Counted from the first letter of the stretch, positions 22,601-34,529 are shown. The stretch: DNA of 41,405 nt from Sphaeroforma arctica JP610 (GCF_001186125.1 NW_014040485.1:38214-79618), one strand, 5' to 3'. The notes: generated from the sequence alone by a model not told the origin. Numbers and translations: made by a program.

Positions 22601-25600
22601 TGTGCGTTTTCTTCTCGAAGGTACCGGAATAGCTGCAGAGAAAAGCGGGATGGGATGGGATGGGATGAATACCATCAACCATGTGATATTGTCACTGATG
22701 TATGTAGGTAGAAAACGGGGTGCTTGTAAGCGATGTGGAGTGATCTAGTGTGGTATGGAGACAACAAGGATCAACACAAAACAAGCTACTAGAGTATCCA
22801 TAATATGTACAACACTACGTATGAATACGCATGCACACTCTACACATTACAGTAGGCAGCACACACCTGGTTCCCATCACACTCTCACGGTAGAAGAATG
22901 TCGAGGTGACCTCCATGTACGACTTCTCCTTGCGGTAAATGACAGCCGTGACACTGACAGATGTGCCGCCGTTTCTCTCTGCCTGCACCTTGGACACTTC
23001 GGCAATGGTTTCGCACTGATCACCCTCCATGAGCTGTGCGCGTTTAAAATTATGTGAGTGTGTGTGTGAATACACAGATATTGTGCCCATCTTGAAATGA
23101 CCTGTATATACATCTACCTACCTACACAATCACAATCAATTGCAGATGTAAACAGAATATCTAAGCGTCGAGTGGTACTCATACGAATACATAATATATA
23201 CCGGTACATACACATTTTATACCGGTACTTGTACAATCTACCGGTACATACACATTTCATACCGGTACATGCACAATTTATACCGATCTACCTACCTACA
23301 CAATCAATTGCAGATGTAAACAGAATCTCTAAGCGACGAGTGGTACTCATACGAATACATAATTTACACCGGTACATACAAATTTCATACCGGTACATGC
23401 ACAATTTATACCGGTACATGCACAATTTATACCTATCTACCTACCTACACAATCAATTGCAGATGGAAACAGAATCTCTAAGCGACGAGTGGTACTCATA
23501 CGAATACATAATCTACACCGGTACATACAAATTTCATACCGGTACATGCACAATTTATACCGGTACATGCACAATTTATACCGGTACATACCGGGTCCTC
23601 CATAAGATCCAGCACTCGGTACGAGTTGGAAAGATGCACCAAATTCAACAAGTCGGCATCGACATTGGAGTTGAGCAACGATCCCATGATGGCTTTCCAT
23701 CCGACCTATACGACAACATGGCAGGTGAGGGAGTTGTGCATAAGACGCCGTTGTATGAAGTTCGTGTAGGTATAAGGGCTTGTGACAGGACAAGTTCGGT
23801 ACAAATGCCACATGCCACACTGATGGATATAAGTAACGGCGCAAAGAGCTGTATCGGATACTTACAACGATCGCCAGATCCATGGGTGCTTCCAACCGAG
23901 ACTTGGAATCGCCGCCCCTGGTGTGGGGAATGACGCATCCTGTGGTAGCAAACAAAAATAGAACCGCAAACCGGTATATCAACATCATGAGTAAATGGCA
24001 ATGCCGACGAAGCACAACCTCGCAGTAAGGAAGTAGATAGCAGCAGTAGGATAACACACACAAGACCACATACCAATGTGTAAAGGCATAGTAGCAAAAA
24101 TAGATCACACACTCTGAAGTATGCACCTGATATGCGTATGCGTACCTTCACTCCGATTGTTCGTGGCGCGACAGAAGGACGTGATCTCGGCTGCTGTGAT
24201 GGTATGTTGACACACACATCTAGCTGCGCTCACATCGCCTGCAGTGGCGTCTCCGGCATCGGCCGTGGGGATGGCCTGAGGCGGAGAGTCACCGAACCAC
24301 ATACTGGAATAGAACGCGTTCACATCAGCGTTGTGGTTGCCATCCTGTGATGTGGTTGGGTTGGTATGTTAGTGTACGGGAGAATTTTGCCTGAGATTTA
24401 AAGCGCGACGTATCAAGCCGCTTAGCACTGAGTAACTCTGATTATATCAAACCTAAGGGCGCACCAAAATGCTAAACACACACGAACACTCTTTGACTAT
24501 ATAATCCTACCAGTGCAGCGAATCCTAAGTACACGCGAACACTCAAACACCGCCAAAAACGATAACAACCATTTCCATGCAACGCGCAGTACAGACAAAG
24601 TCCAATGCGTTTAAGTGCTTACCATTTCTCGGACCGGTGCAAAGCGGCTCTCGGGCACATACTGAAACTTCAGAGTCAGTGGGACATAGGTTGTCGCACT
24701 CAATGAGCTAGGCGTGTTGAGCGTCACTTCAATGTTGACACCGTCTTGACACGACGCTCGCACGGCCGGTACTTTGTGTCCGTTGTACTGTGAAAATAAC
24801 AGGCAAGGTGTGGTAGGTAAAAGTACATGAGCAACGATCAAACTGGTACGCAATACGGGACATGGTGCGAATACAAAGTATTGGACGTGTAGTAACATGT
24901 CATTATTGATGCAATCTTGACGCGACACGCACACGGCAGATTCCACATTAGTAAAAATAGACCTAAGTATTGTGCTATTAAAGAGGTACGCATACAACCG
25001 TACGATTGGATTCGCTCTCAAACACTCGAAACTCCCAACAGAACGTTTTAAGCAAGTACCTTCATTTTGGATGAGATACCCTGGTCGTAGATCTCCACAC
25101 CCACCGGAGCGCCGCCATGGGCCGAGGTGATGCGGACCATCTGCATATATCGTTTGTTGTGTTAGCGAGATGGCAACTTGTATGTTATCGATTCGTATGT
25201 GTGTATATATATGAGTGTATCATTGACGTATACTACTTGAACGTACATAGTTTCGTACTCGTGCTCGTGGATGAAGCAACATGGTACACACTTAGTCCTA
25301 CGTCGAAATCGGTACAACTATATACGAACCACTCCTTTGATCAGTGGTTAAGGCCAATACGCTAAAAGCGAAAGCACCAAACCAAACCTAAACACCTAAT
25401 ATACCAACACAGACAAACCCACTATCGTTGCTCGCATCAGTGCCGTGAGCCACCCTCACAGTACACACACTGCGCCACACACCTGTCCTGGTCGCGGACG
25501 GAACAGTCGGGCCATGTTGTTGGTCTGTGTCAGCATCGACCCCTTGAGGATCGCAGAACTGCACAGAAGCGCACGCAACCACGTGTTGGCGCCCTGGCAA

Positions 25601-28600
25601 ATGTGCTCAAACCACAGCGCCGCGTCGGGTAGCTTAGTGCCTTCGCGCGGCAGAGTCATCTGTCGCACGGTGGGAGTGCTGGCCGTTTGCACGCCAACGA
25701 GAGGGGGTAGTGTATGTGCCTTGGCAAGGGACACGCCCAGGCCGTCCACGACGGGGATGTCTGGAGTGGATGTGTTGGGGTGTGTAGGTGTGAGCATATG
25801 GTACGTACTTCATCGTACCGCGTGCTCGGGGGTACCGTACCGTTCGAATGCATTACGACATGTATTGTGTACAAGGGTGTAGATGTATGCATGTATACGT
25901 ACACAAAGCACACTTATCCACAAGCAAAATACCTTTGGAAGACTTCGAGAGCGAGCCTGACAGGGTGGAGATCATATCCGTGTACATGTTGCCCAGTAGC
26001 TCTGCAATGGGTTGGTTAGGCACAGTGCTGTAGTGCGCTGCGACGGGTCCTTGTAGGATACACACACGCTCAACGTCTTCACCCACAACCGCATCGAGGT
26101 CCTCACTCATCCAGAGCGAATCCTGTGTGAATGCGTTATATTTAGTACTAAATCAATATCATGCGAATTCAAGCCCAGATCAAAAAGACTGATGTCAGGC
26201 CAAAATGCATCCAACATTCTGAAATCAGGATCACATCTGTTGAAATCAGGAGTACAAGGAGCACATCCATATAAAATCAACTTCACACCTTCTTAAAATA
26301 AGTCTTGAAGTTCTCGTCGATAATCGGGATGAAAGGCACTGGTTTCTGGCCGCGCCTGTTGCAGATGGAGACGAAGAAGTGCACATCCTGTGTGGACATG
26401 AACTGGGTCGACGCCATACTGAACTGACTCAGCAAACGCAGTGCGTTCTGCATCGGGACAGACGTGGAACTATCACAGCTATCTTCGGGAATATCCGCAT
26501 CCAGAACAAAGCTGCCGTCCAGACCAACGGGTGTGGTGGTCCCGGAGAAACGCTCAGCCGTGCGTACCAACATATCGTACACACACTGGCGGTACGAGAC
26601 GTGCGTCCAGCGACACTTCTTGGAGATGTACATGAGCTCGATCATGCGTACAACCACCTCCTGGTAAGTCATCTCGTTGACATCCACAGCCTCGCCGCTC
26701 GCCTTCTTGCCGAAGAAGACCTTCTGGAAGTCCTTGTTGAGCGCGTCGATGATGGCACGCTTGTCCTTTTGGATGGCTTTGATCATCTCGGCCTTGGCCA
26801 GCGAGAAGTATTGCTTGTCGAATCGCTTCCAGAGCATGATACCTCGGGTGGCAACCTTAGTGACACAGGCGGAAAGAATGGAGACAACGAACATACCGGT
26901 CAATAAGAATGCTTAGGTAGTCATCGTATGTACATTTCTATTCATAGCCTTCTAAATTAAACAAGGCTGTGTTATAACAAGTGTTCTCTCAAAACACATA
27001 AAACAGTCAACACGATGTAGTATAACACAATTCATGTCAGTAGCAAAGCCTTATGCAACAAGCTTGCATGTGTACATGTATACACACATACACACCTTGT
27101 GAATAGGCTCTCCAAGCTCGGACGTGACTGTCGTGATACCACCCACAACGCCCTCGTACGTCTTCTCCCAGGCCCGCTCGTCATTTAGTGGAATACCTGG
27201 TGTCTCGTGACACAATCTGAGCTTCACGGCATCGGATGTGCGCGCCTCCTTTGCGACCATCACACGCGAACCCATAAGCACACCGTCGAAGGGCATCAGC
27301 GGATAGTCAAAGCATGCACTCCACTCACTGTGAGGCAGAATAAGGTATGTATGGATGCGTGAGTACAGACTAACAATTGGTATAGCTTTGCATGTACGAC
27401 ATGTGGTGTGTGTGCCTCACCGATCGTATATACACATACTGTTGAGCAGTAAACTATAACTTCGACCACGCCGTTCCTGTGCACACGCGGTACAATTACG
27501 CGTTTATTAATGGCTGCGATACGTACGCACAACAAATACAGCCACATGCACACAAACACACACACACATAAACACACACAAAGCAGTACAATACCACAAA
27601 ATACATGCGACCACATCCTCTCTCAAACTTGACCTACCCTGTAAGGAACGGCATGGCGCTGGTGCTGTCTCCAACACCACTGCCAGCCACGAGCACAATG
27701 TTCTTGCGCTTGCGGATGGTGGCGTATGTCTGTAGGATGGGCTGGTGGAAGTCCTCGAAACTGTGATGACCACCCGCACGGCCACCGGTCCACTGCATCA
27801 GGATGGGCATATCGGGATTGCGCTCTGGAGGGTAGTGATAGTAGGTGGTGGGTAGTGTGCGTGTGAGCGACGCGTTGTGTGTATTATATGTGTAGGGAAT
27901 ACGATTATACGTCGAGGTGACAAAGATACACATACATGTTTGCCAAACCTTAAACCCTAAAGATATTGCACCTAGACATATACATGTATGCCATATAGTA
28001 TTCGTACGAAAGTAAACGTCTATACACTACATACCGGCAATAGCGATCACCTCCTTGATGGCACTCACGGATCCGGGCTTGAACGACATGTGGCGGATGC
28101 CTGCTTCGAGACAGTTCTCGATAATTTCTGTGGCATTATCGATGGACGGGACACCGGCTGCTACGCAGATACCTGTATGCAAGTAGCGTTTGTTTCCGTT
28201 TTAAGTAATCGTTCATTTCCGGGGATTGCGCATATCCATGAAAGTGTGTAGTTTTGTATACGCTAAAATGCGAATCTGTCCCAGAGACGCGGGTTTGTAT
28301 GGGAGTCTTGGATAGGGTAGCCTACACGAAGCAGACACTTCAGCAAGGGAGGGTACTGGTTTTTCCCACAATAATAGATGCCACTACCATATACATACGC
28401 CTCCTATTTTTAGCACGGTTGAGTTTTTGGTCATGTACCTTCAATGGGATAACCCTCTTGCCGCAGACGTCTGAGCAGAGGATACTGGATACCCCATTGG
28501 CGGGCATTGAGGAACAGTAGATTGACTGAAACACTCGATCCGGGCGTAGTGTTCGCAATGATTTGGTCAATGGTGTCTCGCAGCGACTTTTCGTTGTGGT

Positions 28601-28690
28601 GACCGCCACCTGTTACGATATAGACAGGAGTGCGCGTGTGAGGGTGGTGCGTTGATATTACACAAGGTCGATCTGGTATATCATTCGAGC

Positions 28691-28725
<35 letters not shown>

Positions 28726-31700
28726 GCAAGCACGTGTATGTTGTAGTTTCAAGGCCTATTATACTGTCACGCACTTGCGACAGCCAGCATGCAGCTAACC
28801 CTCTCCCACACACAAATCCAAAAACCATACCAATCGAAATAGAAACGTCCATACACATACCCGCAAGCTCGCAGTGGTATCCGGCATTGATAATAGCCGA
28901 TACAAAGTGTTCGTTGACAGTGGTGGGTGTCATTCCTGCGATCATAATGGGTGGTTTGCCCAGGAGGGTACTCATGCGTGTCTGGATGTGCGTCTCCTGA
29001 GTGCCGGCCACCTTCACCAACTGCGGTTTGTATTCCTCGGCCCAGTCTGGCGCGTAGTTGAGTGCACTGGGATCGGCTTTGGGAATTCGAGTGTAAAGAT
29101 TGTGCGCGTTAAGACATACGCCCAATAGATTATTTGTGACACAAGCAGCGAGATGGTGGCATTTGCTAGGACAATGGTACAAAAGATAGGACACCTCTGA
29201 TCAGACACAAGGCATTAATGAGGCAAAAGTCCACAAACCTGCTACACGGGTGCAATGTACAAATTTTGAACCCGTCGAGTAAATAGTACATGCTTGTGTT
29301 TATATCTACACTCACCTGAGAAGGCCAGGGCTTTGCTGCTGATATCGGGGTCGGTGGTGGTCTCAGCGTCCATAAGCACGATACGCACACCAGTTCCCAT
29401 TTTGTTACGGTGCAGAAGAGCCCCAACGCCACCCATACCTCCCGGACCAAACTCCAGAACATGCGTAACTGTGGGTGTGAAAATGGGATGCGACAAATGT
29501 TATATACGTGCCAGGCAGGAAAACATTCGTTTTAGATGAACTCTCTTCTCCCGTCAAGTACAGTACAACACAGCTAAGAAAATAGGACCAAGCAACGCAC
29601 AACACTCTCACACCGGGATATAAAGCAGGTATTCCCGGCTTTCAACATCCAACTCGCTCACTTGAAACGCATATCCACAGATGTGAGATATAATATATTC
29701 GACTGCGTCCACTACCGACCTATACAGACTTCAAGTGACGCCAGCCACATACAACATTACAGGACGGGTAAGATCTAGCTAGTTGGCACTTACCCTTAGT
29801 GCTTGTCGACGAGGGGAAGTCGACGGGGTGCACACAGATAAGAGCCGCGAGATGCAGCGACAGATTGTCCTTATCGCGCAGGTCTGAGCCGTCGTGGGTA
29901 GACCAGGTGGGAATCTCGAGTTTACTGGACCACTCGAGATCTTCGCGTTCGATATCGATTTTGATACTATCGAGCACGGGCTGGTTGTGGAGATATATGT
30001 GTCATTTGTTTCTGATTTAGAATTTTTTTGTCGTGCTTCCTCACGCAGTTGTCTGCTTTGTAAACATGACACTTTCAAATGCATGCGAGTACTTCTTAAA
30101 CATTATTCTTGCTCCATATGAAGCACATACTAAACTAACCCCTAAATCCCAACCCTTAAAACCCTTGCACGCGTATGTATAGACTTTGTTACAAATTGCA
30201 AACAACGTACGTCCGATATGCAACTTACCGCCAAATAAGGGGTGTGGAAAGGAGCAGTCACCGGAAGGTACTTTGATGTGAACACCTGCTTGCGCTGCGA
30301 GAATGGGATGCGGTTTTGGTTGTCGTTCTTCTCCGCCTTCAGCGCTCTCAGAGTCACCTACAGATAAGTTACGATTCATAAAGGTTTTTAGATTCAGCAC
30401 AAGATTGTACATCTGAATGGAACTTACCATACCATAAATTCTTACACTCCCCGATAGAACAAGCGCATGATTCTCGACCCGAAAACACTGCACTAAGTGC
30501 GATTGACCCCACACGGTCCAGTGCAAGATAGTCCACGTATGTACTTTTCGCAACGTATAGAAACCATTTTTGCTAACCCTGCCCCGAATTTCATTGCTAT
30601 CTTTCACAGAGGCACACACACCACAAAGACATTTACATTTGAAACACTCCACCTTACCTGCAAACCATATAGCGACTGTGGATGCCCGGCTACAACCACG
30701 GAACGAGGTCCGTTGATCAGTGCGATATTCAGCTGGCGATGGTCTGGCAAGTGACTGTTAGCCTGTTCTACTAGCTCAGCAACAGTGTGTGTTGGGAGGA
30801 AGGCAACAGCCAGCATCGGTGTGGGTGTAGCCTGTAATGTACAGTATATATATAGATTTGTGGTTATTGGAGGCCTATGAAAATGTCTGACCTTTGTGTG
30901 CAAGTGGCAATGGAGTGATTCAACGTCGATGTATTTGAGTAGTAATTCGCTAAAATGTACACATACTATAGTTTTTCTGCGGTAGTGGCGTGTGTGCACA
31001 TGTGTCTGAATGGTGCGTGAAGACTTAGCTGCATCGATATGCGCATTCGTACATGCCATATATGTAGACTTATTAGAATAGACACTCAACGGTATACTAC
31101 GTAACTGGTGAATAAATACACATCTTTCCTGTATGCACAACTATGGCTACACAAAGACATTCACACACTCCTTCTGATTCCTCCGATATAAGCACCAACC
31201 AAGACAAACACATCGATTTAATGATTAATCCAGAGCAAGCATGCTTATAATTCACACAAAGCAAGTTTAACTCGCCATCAAATTTTACGTATCGCACCAT
31301 CACAGGCACATTTGAAAGTATGCTTTCGCGTTGGGTAAGAATTGGACATACCTCATCATGTTCGAGGGAATCGGCCAGCAAAGTGGGACTCAGCGTTGTC
31401 AAAGGGTAGCTCAATTGGATACGGGTTCCGATCCAGAACAGTAATTTCTGCATCGTATATAGTCGAATTTCATGTATTAATATTGAGAGTCTGAGTTCGT
31501 GGTATAGTATTTCTAGACGATACGGGATTTGGATCAGCAATCGCATGCATGTAGGTACTTAATTTAAATTTAGTCATGAATCCACTTACCAGTGCTTTGG
31601 TCCAGTTGCTTAGGAAGGCGGTCTCGTCCATTGACGATGATACGACTACTGCAGCGATCATACCCTGACTGTGGCCAGTAACTCTATATTTCGTACAAAA

Positions 31701-33598
31701 ATAGACAGCATAATACGATGTGAGTAGCGGCACAGTATATATAATAATTCTAAGCTCGGAAGACCTGTAACGATGGGCACGACACTTTAGGAGTGTAATT
31801 TCGAAGCCCACTGTATACCAAAATACTTGAATTGACGTATGTTGGACTTAAATAAAACACATACCCCATCAAGAGTGATAGAATCTCGCTCGGTTCGACC
31901 CTGAGCACGTGGAGCATCACCCAGTAGTGCGTGAGCTGTGTCAAGCCAATGAGTGCACTGCTAACGGGCGTGCTCAGTAAATAATCGATGCTGGGACGCG
32001 ATGTCTTGTCTTCCAACCACAGCTCGACATCAAAGCCTTGCGCGTGAAGACCCACCTGTGCGAAAGACGATATTTCTATCAGTTAAAATGCACGTCACCT
32101 TATTCTTCGAAGAGATACTATCCGATTATAGTGGTGGGAAAGTAGAAACCAGACACACAGTGCGACAGTGTTTACAGACCTCTTTTGCTTCATCGGTGGA
32201 TGCGCAATCCTTCAGCACCTTGCACATGGACAAGACAGTGTCCCGGATCTCTGGGTAGGTGGTCAGAGCTTGTTCTAGTTCATCCAGTACAGTACTTGCA
32301 CCTTGTCCGCCGAAAAGGGCACTCACTGAGGCCTAAATATACAAAACAGTTTTGTTTAAACCAAAATTGAGGGCATTGATACATATTTGTCGTACAAATG
32401 ACCTTTTCGTGTGTAATATGCGGTTTTAGTTTGCTTCTGTGGTATTTGTTGTTGCGCTGTTACTTATACTGCAGATTGAAATACCATATCTTCCGGGCGT
32501 GAACTGGGACCTTGGCAATTTGAACCATACTGAATCTTACTGATTTGATTATCCAGATGTGCATTATTGCGACTACGATAAAAATTACCTCACTGATATC
32601 GAACTCTAACGTACCTTCCCATTCTTGACAGCGTCAATTAGTGCGTAGTTTTCTGACGCGTGCAAAGGAGTAGTTTTTCCATCAATAAGCCCAGCCACAC
32701 ACAAGCGAATGTGCGCTTCGCCGCACAGTCGGATCAATTGTACTCGTGTATCCACGTCCATAGCCGCGGTTTTAGTGTGCACACCCTTCCCTTCCAGGTG
32801 GACGGTACAAAAACGCTCATACACAACGTGCAGAAGGGGTGCAATCGCAAGACCCTCATCTTGGGTTTGATAGTCCAACACATGCTTGAGGAAGCGATGA
32901 TGTAGTTCGAACGAGCTTATTTCAATGTCCACAGCATCCTGACGTAAAAAATGTAGTGTGCAATTTTAATTTCACTGTCTAAAGGTGTATCTCATAAGAA
33001 TTCTCGTAAGCATACACAGCGGTGTTTTGGGACATTTAAACCGACTGAAGATCACAACCTTCAAAGTTAGGTGAGACTATTACATACCTTTAGCAGGCTC
33101 TGATTAAAATCGCGAATTAGCAATTCTGCGGTTTCGCGAAGTGGGCCGGGCACGGGAAGACCAAACTCAGCTTTCCCATAACTGATCTGTAAGTGAGCAT
33201 GGATCAAAAGCGATTAATTTCGCAATATCAATGCATTCAACTTCAAACTAACACGCAAAATACGGTCAATGAAAGTCCTTATGAAATAGGGATATTCACT
33301 AGAGCCGCTTATCATATTAGAGTGCACATGTAAAAGTGTGCTCGAGGTCACTTAAAAAATCATCAGCAAGCAACAGCTCTATAGTACACGTAGCACATCT
33401 AATGCCCTAGTGAAATGGGGATATTCGCTATAGCCGCTCATCATATTAGATAGTGTGAGCATGTAATAAGTGTAATTAATGTCACTTAGACAATCATCGG
33501 CAAGCAACAGCTCTATAGTGCACGTATCACATCTAATTCATACACGACACGATTACCTTGATAATCCGGGTTTCTATATTGTAAGGTAGATAACTCAT
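7106..33598 (-). CDS. FAS: Single-chain fungal-type type I fatty acid synthase (fused beta+alpha; AT-ER-DH-MPT-ACP1-ACP2-KR-KS-PPT), 64 coding exons, ~4192 aa
   Basis: Manually spliced exons in transcript order: 33598-33557, 33186-33088, 32938-32615, 32332-32180, 32055-31865, 31683-31590, 31447-31352, 30831-30658, 30357-30229, 29980-29794, 29468-29316, 29076-28861, 28609-28439, 28172-28035, 27824-27638, 27327-27096, 26855-26289, 26122-25933, 25760-25483, 25140-25060, 24787-24623, 24344-24146, 23939-23866, 23705-23592, 23033-22867, 22632-22235, 22014-21490, 21312-21205, 21008-20656, 20515-20104, 19953-19824, 19656-19529, 19298-19231, 19025-18869, 18630-18481, 18259-17978, 17814-17686, 17425-17162, 16959-16738, 16524-16403, 16217-15996, 15628-15444, 15301-15176, 14992-14824, 14578-14514, 14292-14066, 13917-13739, 13443-13328, 13173-13059, 12860-12663, 12465-12056, 11848-11756, 11595-11277, 11116-10985, 10797-10438, 10263-10132, 10005-9840, 9676-9345, 9183-9081, 8967-8878, 8709-8531, 8329-8057, 7793-7629, 7459-7106. 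Total 12,579 nt (divisible by 3); all introns GT..AG with matching phases. Start [26 protein letters not shown] resembles the yeast Fas1 N-terminus; ends ...[15 protein letters not shown]. Boundaries in poorly conserved linkers are less certain. Confidence 0.96.
8531..12120 (-). other. FAS ketoacyl synthase (KS) domain exons
   Basis: [34 protein letters not shown] (Cys codon 10531-10533), [51 protein letters not shown]. Confidence 0.95.
12400..14110 (-). other. FAS ketoacyl reductase (KR) domain exons
   Basis: [13 protein letters not shown] (NADPH motif), [63 protein letters not shown]. Confidence 0.93.
15634..15750. repeat. Intronic tandem duplication (~65-bp period)
   Basis: GGGTTAAAGAAAGG..GTGTATGGTGTTGAGCTGAAG.T.AACGCTA.GAT present twice. 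Confidence 0.85.
16738..17400 (-). other. FAS acyl carrier protein domain 2 (ACP2)
   Basis: [26 protein letters not shown] (Ser codon 17292-17294) ... AQKMPGGF ... EPKARLADK; followed by Gly-rich linker [14 protein letters not shown] (exon 16403-16524). Confidence 0.9.
17740..18630 (-). other. FAS acyl carrier protein domain 1 (ACP1)
   Basis: [26 protein letters not shown] (phosphopantetheine Ser codon 18503-18505) ... SSKMPAGF ... EPAARVKDE; preceded by an Ala/Pro-rich linker (exon 18869-19025). Confidence 0.93.
18780..18865. repeat. Intronic (TACA)n/(TA)n microsatellite
   Basis: catacatacatacataca...tatatatata directly next to the donor of exon 18869-19025. Confidence 0.85.
19231..21669 (-). 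other. FAS malonyl/palmitoyl transferase (MPT) domain, continuous across the yeast beta/alpha split point
   Basis: [33 protein letters not shown] (Ser codon 20845-20847), [27 protein letters not shown], then in frame ...[26 protein letters not shown]...[12 protein letters not shown]. Confidence 0.93.
21670..24344 (-). other. FAS hot-dog/MaoC-type dehydratase (DH) region exons
   Basis: [64 protein letters not shown]. Confidence 0.92.
23110..23591. repeat. Intronic composite tandem repeat: three ~150-175-bp units, each a ~75-bp block plus several 21-bp subrepeats
   Basis: ATCTACCTACCTACACAATCAATTGCAGATG...CATACGAATACATAAT at about 23112, 23286 and 23435, each followed by (TTATACCGGTACATGCACAAT)-like 21-mers. 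Confidence 0.93.
25933..29076 (-). other. FAS FMN-dependent enoyl reductase (ER) domain exons
   Basis: Motifs [95 protein letters not shown]. These are typical of the fungal/actinobacterial FAS-I ER, not the animal MDR-type ER. Confidence 0.93.
28693..28722. repeat. Intronic (TA)n microsatellite
   Basis: TA run within FAS intron 28610-28860. Confidence 0.9.
29316..32332 (-). other. FAS acetyltransferase (AT) domain exons
   Basis: Motifs ALFGGQG, VTGHSQG (catalytic Ser codon 31668-31670), [38 protein letters not shown]. Confidence 0.92.
33283..33537. repeat. Diverged tandem duplication (~125 bp x2) in the first coding-region intron of FAS
   Basis: GAAAT.GGGATATTC.CTA.AGCCGCT.ATCATATTAGA...GCAAGCAACAGCTCTATAGT.CACGTA.CACATCTAAT at 33283-33403 and 33412-33537. 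Confidence 0.88.
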
Positions 33599-34071
33599 AT
33601 TGTAAACAAACTATTATTCTTCACGTTGAGGATCTGAAGCTAGCGCGATGAAGGAGTCCTTGTATTTATCAGCTTTATCAGAGTACACGACTGCGGCTGT
33701 CCGAAGCTCTGAAAATTGGAAAGACAAATATTGTCTAGCTAGCCTGTATTTCAGATGAGATGGTATTCGCTGCTAGGTTTTATTCATAGCCTTGTTGGAT
33801 TTAGAAGGCAGCTATGTTTTTGGTTTTTTATTATGTATCAAGGGCTGAAAAATTGTTGTTATGAGCGCAGAAGAAAAAAAATATAGCTATAAGCCAACCA
33901 TGTAAACTTTTTCCCCCATATTCAGTTGACACCGTGCATCGGGACATGACCATTCGCAATACTTACTGGATAAGTGTCGATGACACTCGCGTGTATACTT
34001 CGGAACTTCTCACTAGCGGTACCTTTTTCGTGGAATTATCCTAATTCTCAAATTCGGCGAGTATTAAAATT
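33599..34071 (-). other. Probable spliced 5' UTR of the FAS gene (exon parts 33599-33708 and 33967-34071)
   Basis: Minus-strand TTTTCAG acceptor at 33709, perfect GTAAGT donor at 33966-33961, TTACAG acceptor at 34072; both segments lack ATG; A at -3 of the 33598 ATG. Confidence 0.5.
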
Positions 34072-34529
34072 CTGTAACCGATATATATGTTCCCGATGTT
34101 TGTCCATACCAAGTAGGGCCAAGGTGAACTAAATCCCAATCTATTCCGATTTTATTTTGGAAAATTGTATTTTTTTAGGAATTGTTTGACACTCATCATC
34201 GTATTCTATTGTGACGTTGTCATAAACAAAAGTCCGTATTGAAGACCATCTGATCGACTCTATCCAATACTGTATCCGATAAAAAGGTGACCTACATATT
34301 CATCATCAAAATTTGTGAAAATCCTGGCGCGTGTCATCAGCTCGTGCTGTGTGCCTACGCATAGTTTTTGTAAAATTTAATATGATCTTCATCCAAAATA
34401 ATTTAAAATAATATCTGCGTAGGGATTTTCATTGGTTTGTGACAAACTTTGAACTTTTTCTAAAATATTTACGATAAACATAAATGTGTCTATTGGCTAT
34501 TTTCAAACCCTTACGACAAAAGACAAGAG

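Noticed and set aside
23097..23933. CRISPR-like repeat/spacer look, and a 278-aa plus-strand ORF
   Set aside because: Eukaryotic intron; the 'spacers' are themselves repeats, no cas genes; the ORF is repeat-derived and antisense to FAS exons
7271..32905. Numerous short plus-strand and alternative-frame ORFs over FAS
   Set aside because: Antisense or off-frame shadows of GC-rich exons, or TG/TA-repeat introns; no motifs
7106..33598. Animal-type FASN, iterative PKS or PUFA synthase, or bacterial FAS-I contamination
   Set aside because: AT-first domain order, FMN-type ER, fungal-type ACPs and fused PPT define fungal-type FAS; 63 spliceosomal introns exclude a bacterial source
33574..33708. Longer coding N-terminus via a 51-nt intron (LRTAAVVYSDK...)
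   Set aside because: No upstream in-frame ATG found; the ATG at 33598 already gives a Fas1-like N-terminus
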